Assembly (NCBI GenBank): GCA_029567025.1
Contig: JAKQLT010000217.1
Location: forward strand, 1 to 33,021
Length of the DNA stretch: 33,021 nucleotides
DNA from: Candidatus Omnitrophota bacterium
GTDB lineage: Bacteria; Omnitrophota; Gorgyraeia; Zapsychrales; Zapsychraceae
Direction: 5' to 3'
The position numbers were made by a program, and so were the translations under genes. The notes under the pieces were generated by a model. It was given only the letters and a program-made list of their open reading frames with translations. It ran no database searches and was not told where the DNA came from. Below, piece after piece: positions 19,224-28,169 of the stretch (its first letter is position 1; each line of letters begins with the position of its first letter).

Positions 19224-20864
19224 TTGAAAATGAAATGTTCGAAAATAATTAAGCCAATGCTTTTATTCCCATTTATTGCTAATGAGAAATATTATGTTTA
19301 TTTGCCTGTTTTGGGGGAAGTGTGGAATATTGATAGAAATGTTTTATATGAGGCTTTAAAACTTTTAAGTTCTTTACGTGTTGAAATGAGCGTTAGTGTT
19401 TTTAAAAAAAAATTAGTGGATAAGACAGCTGTTTCTGAACAGGATTGGAAGGGTGTTGAAGAATTGATTTTAACACTACAGACTCCTCAAAACACGAGAT
19501 TTTTAAAAAGGTCTGAAATTAATAAACGATTTTATCGAGAAAAAGAAATCATTGAAAAACGATATAATGAAACGTTAAAAATATATCGTTTGGGAAAAAA
19601 CAACGATGCAATTTCTGGTAAGCTTATATTAAATTTAACAGATCGTTGTAATTTTAAATGCAAATATTGTGTAGAGAGGGGAGATTTGTATTATGAACCA
19701 TCTGATCGTTGCTTGGGGAAAATGACTAGGGAAATAGGTTTTAATGCTATTCAAGACTTCTTATTTCAGCGAAAAAGAAGTGTTGTTAAGGAAGTTGAGA
19801 TTGTTTTTTTTGGCGGAGAACCTCTGATAGAGATGAATCTTTTAGTGGATCTTATTGAATTTGCAAAGAAAACACATAAAGGGTTATCCATGCGGCCTTG
19901 TTTAGTCCTAAAAGTTGCGACGAATGGGACATTACTAAACAAAACAAATGTTAGATATTTTGTTAAGGAAAACATTTGTTTACAAATCAGCCTTGATGGC
20001 CCTAAGGAAATACATGATAAATTTAGGCATAATATCGCGGGATTAGGCACGTTTAAGGCGGTAAGTAAAGCTGTAAGGATGCTTAAAAGAGAAGCCTTTG
20101 AAATGAGAAAGTTTGATTACTTTAGTAAATGTGTGTTTTTTATCGGGACATTTACAGATAATGCCGATAAGGAAAAAATAAAGAATTTTTTCTTACGGAC
20201 ACCTCTTCTTGTTTCTCTTCATGGAAAAAGGGCAATGTTTTTTTTGAACGCGATTTCTCCCTGTGGCCTGAAGGATTGTTATAGCTTTATAGAAAGAAAA
20301 ACAACAGCGCTTGAGAACTATGATTCAATAAAAAAGGATATTAACTCATTGAAAGATTCAAATGTCCCAAGAGATTATAAAATAAGCATACAAAGGCGAT
20401 TGAATTATTTTTGTGAAAAGAATGCTCAAAAGTTTTTGACCCCATCCCCCAGGAAAGAGCCTTGCGTATTAAGTGATAAATTGTGCAATATAGTTCAAGA
20501 AACAAAAACATTTGTAGAGTCTGATGGAACTATATATTTCTGTTCTCTTTGTAAAATTAAAGAGTTGGCCATAGGGAGTTATGCGGATAAAGGAATTGAT
20601 TTTGAGAGAATTAAAATTATTATGCAAGAATATTTGCAGTTCGGTAAAAAATGTTATAGTTGTCCCATACAGCCAGTATGTTCTCTTTGTTATCGAGATG
20701 GGAATGTTAATGGTCAGAAATATTTTTTTCCGCATAAAAATTCAAAGAATTGTGTGGATAATTTTAGACGGGTTCGCGAAAATTTTTCCTTTTTTTATGG
20801 ATTGATTGATGTTGTCCCCGAATTTAAGGTTTTTTATGAGAGATGGTTGAATAGGAGAAGATAG
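19224..20864 (+). CDS. Radical SAM/SPASM-domain peptide maturase
   Basis: CNFKCKYC, FFGGEPL, TNGTLL, ISLDGPKEIHD; SPASM C-x13-G-x4-C ... CxxC-x5-C-x2-C-x20-C; ~130-aa N-terminal extension; AAGGAG RBS with TTG start. Confidence 0.9.
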   Translation: MKMKCSKIIKPMLLFPFIANEKYYVYLPVLGEVWNIDRNVLYEALKLLSSLRVEMSVSVFKKKLVDKTAVSEQDWKGVEELILTLQTPQNTRFLKRSEINKRFYREKEIIEKRYNETLKIYRLGKNNDAISGKLILNLTDRCNFKCKYCVERGDLYYEPSDRCLGKMTREIGFNAIQDFLFQRKRSVVKEVEIVFFGGEPLIEMNLLVDLIEFAKKTHKGLSMRPCLVLKVATNGTLLNKTNVRYFVKENICLQISLDGPKEIHDKFRHNIAGLGTFKAVSKAVRMLKREAFEMRKFDYFSKCVFFIGTFTDNADKEKIKNFFLRTPLLVSLHGKRAMFFLNAISPCGLKDCYSFIERKTTALENYDSIKKDINSLKDSNVPRDYKISIQRRLNYFCEKNAQKFLTPSPRKEPCVLSDKLCNIVQETKTFVESDGTIYFCSLCKIKELAIGSYADKGIDFERIKIIMQEYLQFGKKCYSCPIQPVCSLCYRDGNVNGQKYFFPHKNSKNCVDNFRRVRENFSFFYGLIDVVPEFKVFYERWLNRRR

Positions 20865-20888
20865 TCAGAAGCTAAAAATATTTTTCCT

Positions 20889-20948
20889 CTTGCTTTCCCG
20901 CTAACCTTTCGATACTATAATTCTCAATGAAAAAAACAAATTTATTTT
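20889..20948 (+). repeat. Direct-repeat copy 2, the ABC transporter promoter (TTGCTT-17-TACTAT) and start
   Basis: Matches 18431-18490. Confidence 0.8.
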
Positions 20949-23089
20949 TTACCTACCAAAAATACATTCTCCCTTATTTAGGCAAAAGCGTTCTATCTCT
21001 TGTGATTGGCACAACGGCTATGATTTTTGGTATGATAACGCCGCTGATCACGAAGGTCTCCATTGATTACGCGTATCCTAATCGAGATATTTTTCTTTTA
21101 ACATTATTAATTCTTGCCGGAATTGTCCTTTTTCTTATTCGACGATTTTTTGATAGCATCGCCGGATATTTGGATATGTTTACGGATACGGACCTTGGCA
21201 TAAAGTTAAAAACAAAATTTTATGATAAGCTCCAAGAGCTTTCTTTAAAATTCCACAGTGAACAGCAAGCCGGCGATTTGGTCTATCGCATGGATGATGA
21301 TATTTCAACCGTTACATCCATGATCACGCAATTTATCGCGACTTCTTTGCAAACCTTAGCCCAGCTTTTCTTTTTATTATTTATCTGTTTTAAATTCGAT
21401 TGGCGTTTTACGGCGCTGGCTTTAACGGGCATTCCTATTTATTTTCTGGAAACCATGGTTTTTTCGAAAAAGCGTAAAGATGTTAGAGAAAAATCTTTAA
21501 AAATTCATTCCAGCCTTCAAAGTTATCTGCAGGAACGTGTGCCTGCTATAAAAATGATTAAATCTTTAGGCCGCGAGAAATTTGAATCCACGCTTTTTAA
21601 GAATAAAATAAAAGAAGTTTTTTTTGTGACTCGTCAAAGTCATGTGGTTTCATTTTTGAATTCTTTCGCGGATTCCTTTATTAGCACTATTTGGCTCGCG
21701 ATTCTTGGCTGGTATGGCGGCTATCGTGTGATTACCGGGAATTTAAGTATCGGCGAGCTTTTGGCTATTACCGCGTACGTTTCTCAAATTTACGGGCCGG
21801 TTATGCAAATCGGCGATATTTATAAATTTATGATCGAGGGCATGGTTTCGGTCAAACGTATTGATGAGGTTATTTCAGGAAAACCTGGAGTTGAAGACGC
21901 TCCCGACGCAAAAGAGCTCAAAGATGTCAAAGGCGATATTCTTTTTAAATCGGTTGATTTTAGTTATGTGCCGGAAAAACCTCTTATGAAGGATATTAAT
22001 TTAGCAATTAAAGCCGGGACATCCGTAGCCCTTGTGGGCCCAAGCGGCGCGGGAAAAACAACATTTACAGATTTGATTATGCGGTTTTATGATCCGGATA
22101 AAGGCGATATTTTTATTGATGGCCATAATTTAAAAAGCATCACACAAGAATCGTTGCGTAAGGCGGTGACTATTGTTAATCAGGAAATTACAATTTTTAC
22201 CGGGACAATTAAAGAAAATATTAAATATGGAAAAGAAAATGTGAGTTTTGAGGATATTGTCTCCGCGGCAAAAATGGCTAATGCCCATGAATTTATTGAA
22301 AAGCTTCCCGATGGATATGACACGATGCTCACTGAACGCGGGCGTAATTTATCCGGCGGACAAAGGCAAAGACTTACTATTGCGCGCGCGCTTATTCGTA
22401 ATCCTAAAGTTTTGATTTTGGATGAGGCGACTTCCGCGCTTGATCCTGAAAGCGAAGCGCGTATTCATGATGCGATGATTAAATTTAAAGAAGGCCGCAC
22501 GGTTGTTACGATTGCGCATAAACTTTCTACTATTGTTGATGCGGATGAAATAATGTTTTTTGAAAAAGGTCAGATTTCTGAACGCGGGATTTTTAATGAA
22601 CTTATGGCCATGAAAGGCCGTTTCGCTCGGTTTTTTGAAGTGGAGTTTGGAAATTTCCGTCATTTTTCAGATCGTTTGTCCCAGGAAGCCTTGCGTACCA
22701 AGCGTTATAAACGGCCATGTTCTTTTATGATGGTTCAGTTGCGAGATTTGGGGTTGTTAGCTCAAAAAATAGGCGAGGAAAATTTACGCGAAGTGTCTTT
22801 ACAAATAGAAGATGTGATACGTCTTTCTATTCGTGAAGTGGATTTTACGGCGAAATATCATGAAAATCGTTTTGTTGTGGGTTTGCCTGAAACTCCATCA
22901 GATGGCGCGCGTGTTGCCGCTGAGAGATTAGAAAAAAGAATCAGAGAATATTCTTTTGTAAAAAAAGATGAAGAAATAAAGGTTTCGCCTGTTATAGGCA
23001 TCGCGACGATAGGAGAAGACGCTCATACCACCACAGATCTTTATGTGCGCGCGGAAAAAATGATCGAAGATAAGTTGGCAGGAGTTTAA
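20927..23089 (+). CDS. ABC exporter (TMD+NBD) fused to a C-terminal degenerate GGDEF-like domain
   Basis: TM domain, GPSGAGKT, LSGGQRQR, LDEATSALD; tail RYKRPCSFMMV...IREVDFTAKYHENRFVVGLPET..GARVAAERL...IGIA..DLYVRAE. Confidence 0.88.
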   Translation: MKKTNLFFTYQKYILPYLGKSVLSLVIGTTAMIFGMITPLITKVSIDYAYPNRDIFLLTLLILAGIVLFLIRRFFDSIAGYLDMFTDTDLGIKLKTKFYDKLQELSLKFHSEQQAGDLVYRMDDDISTVTSMITQFIATSLQTLAQLFFLLFICFKFDWRFTALALTGIPIYFLETMVFSKKRKDVREKSLKIHSSLQSYLQERVPAIKMIKSLGREKFESTLFKNKIKEVFFVTRQSHVVSFLNSFADSFISTIWLAILGWYGGYRVITGNLSIGELLAITAYVSQIYGPVMQIGDIYKFMIEGMVSVKRIDEVISGKPGVEDAPDAKELKDVKGDILFKSVDFSYVPEKPLMKDINLAIKAGTSVALVGPSGAGKTTFTDLIMRFYDPDKGDIFIDGHNLKSITQESLRKAVTIVNQEITIFTGTIKENIKYGKENVSFEDIVSAAKMANAHEFIEKLPDGYDTMLTERGRNLSGGQRQRLTIARALIRNPKVLILDEATSALDPESEARIHDAMIKFKEGRTVVTIAHKLSTIVDADEIMFFEKGQISERGIFNELMAMKGRFARFFEVEFGNFRHFSDRLSQEALRTKRYKRPCSFMMVQLRDLGLLAQKIGEENLREVSLQIEDVIRLSIREVDFTAKYHENRFVVGLPETPSDGARVAAERLEKRIREYSFVKKDEEIKVSPVIGIATIGEDAHTTTDLYVRAEKMIEDKLAGV

Positions 23090-23091
23090 AA

Positions 23092-23607
23092 ATGTTCGGG
23101 AAAAAAGAATTAAAAGAAAAGAAATTATCGCTTAAGCAAAAAGGTTTTTTGGATAAAATCTTTGAAGAAGACATTCAAAAGCAAGCGAATTGCGTTGAAG
23201 TTTTAGGATGGGTAGGGCTTGTTGTCTTTGTGTTTCTTTTAGCCGTGCTCTGGACAGCCAAATTTGATGTTACTGTCCCGGCTGATCATGTTAAATTGGT
23301 TTCTTTACCGTCGGATAATAGTTTTATTCTTGAAGGTGAGATTGCAGAACTTTATGCGGCCTCGATTAAGAAAGGTCAAAAGGTTCACGTTCAAATTACT
23401 ACTCATCAAAATGAAGTTTTAAAGGTCACAAGCGCTATTTCTGAAGCGTATCCTAAAACGGGAACATTAAGTTTAATTATTAAAGTCGCGCCCATGCTTG
23501 ACGCTGGCAAACTTCAAGCTATTTCCAAAGAGATAAAGAATATATCTTTACGCGTCATTGTTGAACAAAAACGTCTTGTGACTCTTTTTCTCGAAAAACA
23601 AGAGTAG
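23092..23607 (+). CDS. Short HlyD-like membrane-anchored adaptor protein
   Basis: Single TM, then ILEGEIAELYAASIKKGQKVHVQI beta-barrel-like segment; coupled to the ABC gene. Confidence 0.55.
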   Translation: MFGKKELKEKKLSLKQKGFLDKIFEEDIQKQANCVEVLGWVGLVVFVFLLAVLWTAKFDVTVPADHVKLVSLPSDNSFILEGEIAELYAASIKKGQKVHVQITTHQNEVLKVTSAISEAYPKTGTLSLIIKVAPMLDAGKLQAISKEIKNISLRVIVEQKRLVTLFLEKQE

Positions 23608-23660
23608 GTTGTTTTTTATCCTTCGCGGTTTGTAAAAGAGGAAATTTCATTTTTTCACCA

Positions 23661-23689
23661 TTGACAAGCGAAAAAATATTCGTTACACT
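23661..23689 (+). promoter_or_regulatory. Near-consensus sigma70 promoter
   Basis: TTGACA-17-TACACT. Confidence 0.7.
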
Positions 23690-23730
23690 CATTTCAATAT
23701 TTAACTTATTATAAGAAAGGAAGGACGCAG

Positions 23731-23901
23731 ATGGAGAAATTATCATTTTATGATGTCAAGACTAAAGGAAAATTTGAAACCGATCAATATCAAGTCAAAG
23801 AAAAAGGCGGCAGATTTTTCGCCGTGGCCAAATCCCCTAAAGGCCCACATGAATGCTGGAGAGTTTTAAGCAAAGATCAAGCACAAAAGATGAAGAAGTA
23901 A
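23731..23901 (+). CDS. 56-aa basic protein resembling crenarchaeal chromatin protein CC1
   Basis: MEKLSFYDVKTKGKFETDQYQVKEKGGRFFAVAKSPKGPHECWRVLSKDQAQKMKK; strong RBS (aaggaagga) and promoter; below the ORF-track length cutoff. Confidence 0.8.
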   Translation: MEKLSFYDVKTKGKFETDQYQVKEKGGRFFAVAKSPKGPHECWRVLSKDQAQKMKK

Positions 23902-23951
23902 TTCTTTCGAGGAATTCCAGCACAAAAAATAATTATTTATTGGAAAGAGTT

Positions 23952-24329
23952 TTGAAGATTACCAAGTCCTCTTTAACATCAAAAAAACTTGCTGTTGTCA
24001 TAGCCCAACTGGCTTTTGATAAAAAGGCGGAAGATATTGTTGTCTTGGACATGCGCAAGGTCGTGAATTTTTGCGATTATTTTGTAATTTGTTCTGGGAC
24101 AAGCGACCGTCATGTCAAATCTATTGCCGATGGCATTGATCTTGGGCTTGAAGCATTAGGGGAAGCCATTCCGAAATTTAGCCGTAAAGCGCAGGAAACC
24201 GATTGGATCGTCTTAGATGTTGGAAATGTCGTGGCACACATTTTTCAAAAAGATCTAAGAGCGTTTTATAATTTGGAATATTTGTGGCAGGAAGCCAAAG
24301 TGGTTAATTTAGATAAAGACCTTTTATAA
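23952..24329 (+). CDS. rsfS: Ribosome silencing factor
   Basis: DKKAEDIVVLD, DYFVICSGTSDRHVKSIAD, WIVLD, FYNLEYLW; start moved to TTG 23952. Confidence 0.93.
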   Translation: MKITKSSLTSKKLAVVIAQLAFDKKAEDIVVLDMRKVVNFCDYFVICSGTSDRHVKSIADGIDLGLEALGEAIPKFSRKAQETDWIVLDVGNVVAHIFQKDLRAFYNLEYLWQEAKVVNLDKDLL

Positions 24330-24338
24330 AAATGTCCC

Positions 24339-26012
24339 ATGTTAGATGCATTAAAAACGCAATTACAAAATGTTTTAGCAGATTCTCTTAAAGATATTTT
24401 TGCGTCTGAAAATAACGTGCCAGAGGTTATATTAGAAATCCCCGCGGATAAAAACCACGGGGATTTTTCTTGTAATATCGCGCTTAAATCCGCAAAATTG
24501 CTAAAAAAATCTCCTATAGCAGTGGCAGAAAGAATCATCGCGGCTTTTCAAAAAGAGTTATCTTTAAATTTTTTAAAAAATAAAATTCAAAAAGTAGAAG
24601 TTAAGGCGCCGGGGTTTATCAATATTTTTCTCTCATCAGAAAGTTTTTATGATGTCTTAACCGCTATTGGGAAACAGAAAGATTTGTATGGCCAAACCAG
24701 TATCGGACAAGGCGAAAAAGTTCAGATAGAATTCGTGAGCGCTAATCCGACGGGGCCGTTAAGTGTCGCGCACGCGCGTCAGGCGGCTGTGGGAGACGCG
24801 CTGGGGAATATTTTAAAATTTTTAGGATTTAACGTTGATAAAGAATATTACGTCAATGACGGCGGCAATCAGATAAATATTTTAGGGCTTTCGGTGCGCG
24901 CGCGCGCTTTTCAAATTTTAGGAAAAGAAGTTGAATTTTTAGAAGATTATTATCAGGGCGAATATATTAAAGATATGGCGCGGCTTTTTATGGAGGAAAA
25001 TAAAATAAAAACGCTGGCCGATCTCGAGAAAAAAACGTCGAAAGAGTTTTCCCAATGGGCGTGTGCGTATTTATTAGGCGTTATTAAAAAAGAATTGAGT
25101 GATTTTGGCGTTCATTTTGATGCCTGGAGTTATGAGTCGAAAATTTCAACGCCGGAGAAAATTGAAAAAACATTGCGAGCATTGAAATCGAAAGATTTGG
25201 TTTATGAAAAAGAAGGGGCTTGGTGGTTTCGTTCGACGAGTTTTGGCGATGATAAAGACCGCGTGGTGAAAAAAAGTGACGGGGCGTATACATATTTAGC
25301 GCCGGATATTGTGTATCATGAGAATAAATTTAACCGAGGATATTCGTGGCTCATTAATATTTGGGGGCCGGATCATCACGGCTATATTCCGCGTATTAAG
25401 GCGGCGGCGCAGGCCTTGGGAAAAAATAAGGAAGATTTGGATGTCTTAATTGTTCAGCTTGCCACTATTTATCGAAATGGCGAATTATTATCTATGTCAA
25501 CCCGTCGGGGTCAATATATCAGTTTGCGCGAAGTGATGGATGAGGTCGGAGTGGATGCGGCGCGATTTTTCTTTTTGATGCGCCATATTGAAGCGCATTT
25601 GGAGTTTGATTTAGAAGTGGCTAAAAAACAAACAGCGGAAAATCCTGTTTATTATATTCAATACGCCCACGCGCGCATCCATAGCATTAATAAAAAAGCC
25701 CAAGAACAAAATATTTCTGTCGCAGAAAAAGGATTTTCGTTGCTTAAAGAAGAGGAAGAAATAACGCTGATTCGTCAATTGGGAGAATTCTCTCAGGCTC
25801 TTTCTTTTTGTTATGACCAGCTTGATCCGTATCCTTTGGTCAGCTATTTAATGGAATTAGCGATTATTTTTCATCGATTTTATGATAAACATAAAGTCAT
25901 TTCTGATAATATTGCTCTATCTCAAGAGCGGTTAACTCTTGTGAATTGCGCCAGGATTGTTTTCGCCAATGGCCTGCGACTTTTGGGTCTTCAAACTCCC
26001 GAACAAATGTGA
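24339..26012 (+). CDS. argS: Arginine--tRNA ligase
   Basis: EFVSANPTGPLSVAHAR, MSTRRG, YIQYAHAR, C-terminal PEQM. Confidence 0.97.
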   Translation: MLDALKTQLQNVLADSLKDIFASENNVPEVILEIPADKNHGDFSCNIALKSAKLLKKSPIAVAERIIAAFQKELSLNFLKNKIQKVEVKAPGFINIFLSSESFYDVLTAIGKQKDLYGQTSIGQGEKVQIEFVSANPTGPLSVAHARQAAVGDALGNILKFLGFNVDKEYYVNDGGNQINILGLSVRARAFQILGKEVEFLEDYYQGEYIKDMARLFMEENKIKTLADLEKKTSKEFSQWACAYLLGVIKKELSDFGVHFDAWSYESKISTPEKIEKTLRALKSKDLVYEKEGAWWFRSTSFGDDKDRVVKKSDGAYTYLAPDIVYHENKFNRGYSWLINIWGPDHHGYIPRIKAAAQALGKNKEDLDVLIVQLATIYRNGELLSMSTRRGQYISLREVMDEVGVDAARFFFLMRHIEAHLEFDLEVAKKQTAENPVYYIQYAHARIHSINKKAQEQNISVAEKGFSLLKEEEEITLIRQLGEFSQALSFCYDQLDPYPLVSYLMELAIIFHRFYDKHKVISDNIALSQERLTLVNCARIVFANGLRLLGLQTPEQM

Positions 26013-26018
26013 TTTCCA

Positions 26019-26056
26019 CTCTTTTCCTCACCCACCCCAGGGGTGGGGAACGGTTA
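26019..26056. repeat. Family A palindrome copy 3
   Basis: ctcttttcctcacccaccccaggggtggggaacggtt. Confidence 0.75.
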
Positions 26057-26108
26057 AAATTTTTTAAAAAATTCTATTTTAAAAATAATACTCTTGTAGA
26101 ATAACTCC

Positions 26109-27806
26109 ATGCAAAAGATTTGGAATATGGCGCCATGTGATTTTAAAAAGGCGGCTGATTTAAGCCGTCTTTTAAATGTCCCGTCTATTATCGCGCAAAT
26201 ACTTATCAATCGCGGCATGGAAGATGCTGAAATCGCGAAACATTTTTTAAACGCGGACCGTAAAAATCTATTTGATCCTTTTCTCTTAAAAGATATGGAT
26301 AAGGCGGTTTATCGTATTCAGGAGGCACAAAAAAATAAAGAAAAAATACTTATTTACGGCGATTATGATGTGGACGGGGTTACCTCCGCCGCCGTTTTGA
26401 TAAAAACATTGCGTGCGTTAGGATTAGACGTGATTAACTATATTCCGCATCGCGTGGAAGAAGGTTATGGGCTTAATTTAGAAATTGCTTCTTTTGCAAA
26501 ATCACAAGGCATTCATTTGTTGATAACCGTCGATTGTGGAATTACCGCGAATAAGGAAATCGACGCTTTAAACGCGCAAGGGATTGATGTTGTGGTCATT
26601 GATCATCATGAGCCGTCGGAGATTCTACCCAAGGCCTATGCGATTATCAATTCTAAAAGAAAAGATTGTGATTATCCGTGCAAGGATTTAGCGGCTGTAG
26701 GAACCGTCGCGAAAATGGTTCAGGCCTTGACAGGAGAAATCCCTCAAGATGTGATGAATTTTGTGGCGATGGGCACCATCGCCGATGTCGTGTCTTTAAC
26801 ATCGGAAAATCGTATTTTTGTCAAAGAAGGATTAAAAGGTATTGCGCAAACACAAAACTTAGGATTAAAGGCGCTTCTTCAAATTGGAAAAATTCAAGAG
26901 AAAGAGCTTTCCCCGTTTCATATCGGATTTGTTTTAGGCCCGCGGATTAATGCCGCCGGGAGAATGGATTCGGCGCAGACCGCGTTAGATCTTTTTCTGA
27001 CGGATGACCCGCATAAGGCCCTTCAATTAGCCAAGCAATTAGATGGTTTCAACGCGGATCGTCAAAAAATGCAGAAAGATATTTTAGAAGAGGCCTTAAA
27101 TAAAATAGAACAAGAGATGAATTTTAATCAAGAGAAGATTATTGTGATCGCGCAAGAGTCTTGGCATCGAGGAGTTTTAGGCATTGTGGCGTCAAAGATC
27201 GTTGAAAAATATTACCGTCCGGCAATTGTTATTTCTTTGGAAGATAATATCGGCACAGGTTCGGCGCGTTCTATCGACGGATTTCATTTGTTTGATGCCT
27301 TAGCCGCGTGTTCGTCTTTTTTAGAAGAATACGGCGGGCATAAAGGCGCGGCAGGTTTAACGATTAAAAAAGATAATATTGAACCGTTTAAAAAGAAAAT
27401 TAATCAAATGGCGGAGGATTTTTTAGAGATCAAAAAATTATTGCCGACGGTTTTTATTGACGCGGAAATTTCATTGCGAGATATTGACATTCATTTGGCG
27501 CGTTTGATAAAGTCCCTTGAGCCGTATGGGGAAGGAAATCCCTCTCCGGTTTTTTGTTCGAGGAATTTATCGGTGATTAGCGAGCCTCAGATTTTAGGGA
27601 AGGAGACATTAAAATTTTGGGTAACCGATGGGCGTCAAACGCTTTCTGCGGTCGGCTTTGGCATGGCAAAATATAAAGAAATGTTAACGCCGGAGAATTA
27701 TATTGATTTGGCGTATGAAATTATTATTGATGATTGGAATAAAACGCCAACACCCCAATTAAAATTGAAAGATATTAAATTGTCTGAAGTAGAAGAGGCG
27801 TTTTAG
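26109..27806 (+). CDS. recJ: Single-stranded-DNA exonuclease RecJ
   Basis: YGDYDVDG, TVDCG, DHH, GPRINAAGR, GSARS, GGHKGAAG. Confidence 0.97.
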   Translation: MQKIWNMAPCDFKKAADLSRLLNVPSIIAQILINRGMEDAEIAKHFLNADRKNLFDPFLLKDMDKAVYRIQEAQKNKEKILIYGDYDVDGVTSAAVLIKTLRALGLDVINYIPHRVEEGYGLNLEIASFAKSQGIHLLITVDCGITANKEIDALNAQGIDVVVIDHHEPSEILPKAYAIINSKRKDCDYPCKDLAAVGTVAKMVQALTGEIPQDVMNFVAMGTIADVVSLTSENRIFVKEGLKGIAQTQNLGLKALLQIGKIQEKELSPFHIGFVLGPRINAAGRMDSAQTALDLFLTDDPHKALQLAKQLDGFNADRQKMQKDILEEALNKIEQEMNFNQEKIIVIAQESWHRGVLGIVASKIVEKYYRPAIVISLEDNIGTGSARSIDGFHLFDALAACSSFLEEYGGHKGAAGLTIKKDNIEPFKKKINQMAEDFLEIKKLLPTVFIDAEISLRDIDIHLARLIKSLEPYGEGNPSPVFCSRNLSVISEPQILGKETLKFWVTDGRQTLSAVGFGMAKYKEMLTPENYIDLAYEIIIDDWNKTPTPQLKLKDIKLSEVEEAF

Positions 27807-27811
27807 TATTT

Positions 27812-28039
27812 TTAGGCCTTTTTGATTTTTCCGGCCTGGATACAGCTGGTGCAGACATACGCTCTTTTAACCGTTCCATCGAGATTGATTTTAATCCGTT
27901 GAAGATTCGGAAGGAAACGGCGCAATGTTTTTCCTGTAATTTTTGAACCTGCACCGCCTTTTTTCTTTTCCATACCGCGTCGTTTATATTTATTGCCTGG
28001 AATAGCGCCTTTATTGCAGATAATACATGATTTAGCCAT
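27812..28039 (-). CDS. rpmB: 50S ribosomal protein L28
   Basis: CIIC..GN..RRG..KKGG.G.KITGKTLRRFLPNLQ...VCTSC. Confidence 0.93.
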   Translation of the reverse strand: MAKSCIICNKGAIPGNKYKRRGMEKKKGGAGSKITGKTLRRFLPNLQRIKINLDGTVKRAYVCTSCIQAGKIKKA

Positions 28040-28169
28040 GGTTAAAATCCTTTATCAAAAAGTTAATGAAATTTTTATTTGAGATTAAAAGTATACTGAA
28101 AAAGATTTCTTTGTCAAGCCCATACTCATTGGCTTTAACCGAATCGTTGAGGGCCTTTTAAGGAGAAAT

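Noticed and set aside
23853-23951. N-terminal extension of RsfS in the ORF track
   Set aside because: Overlaps the better-supported 56-aa ORF; RsfS homology starts after TTG 23952
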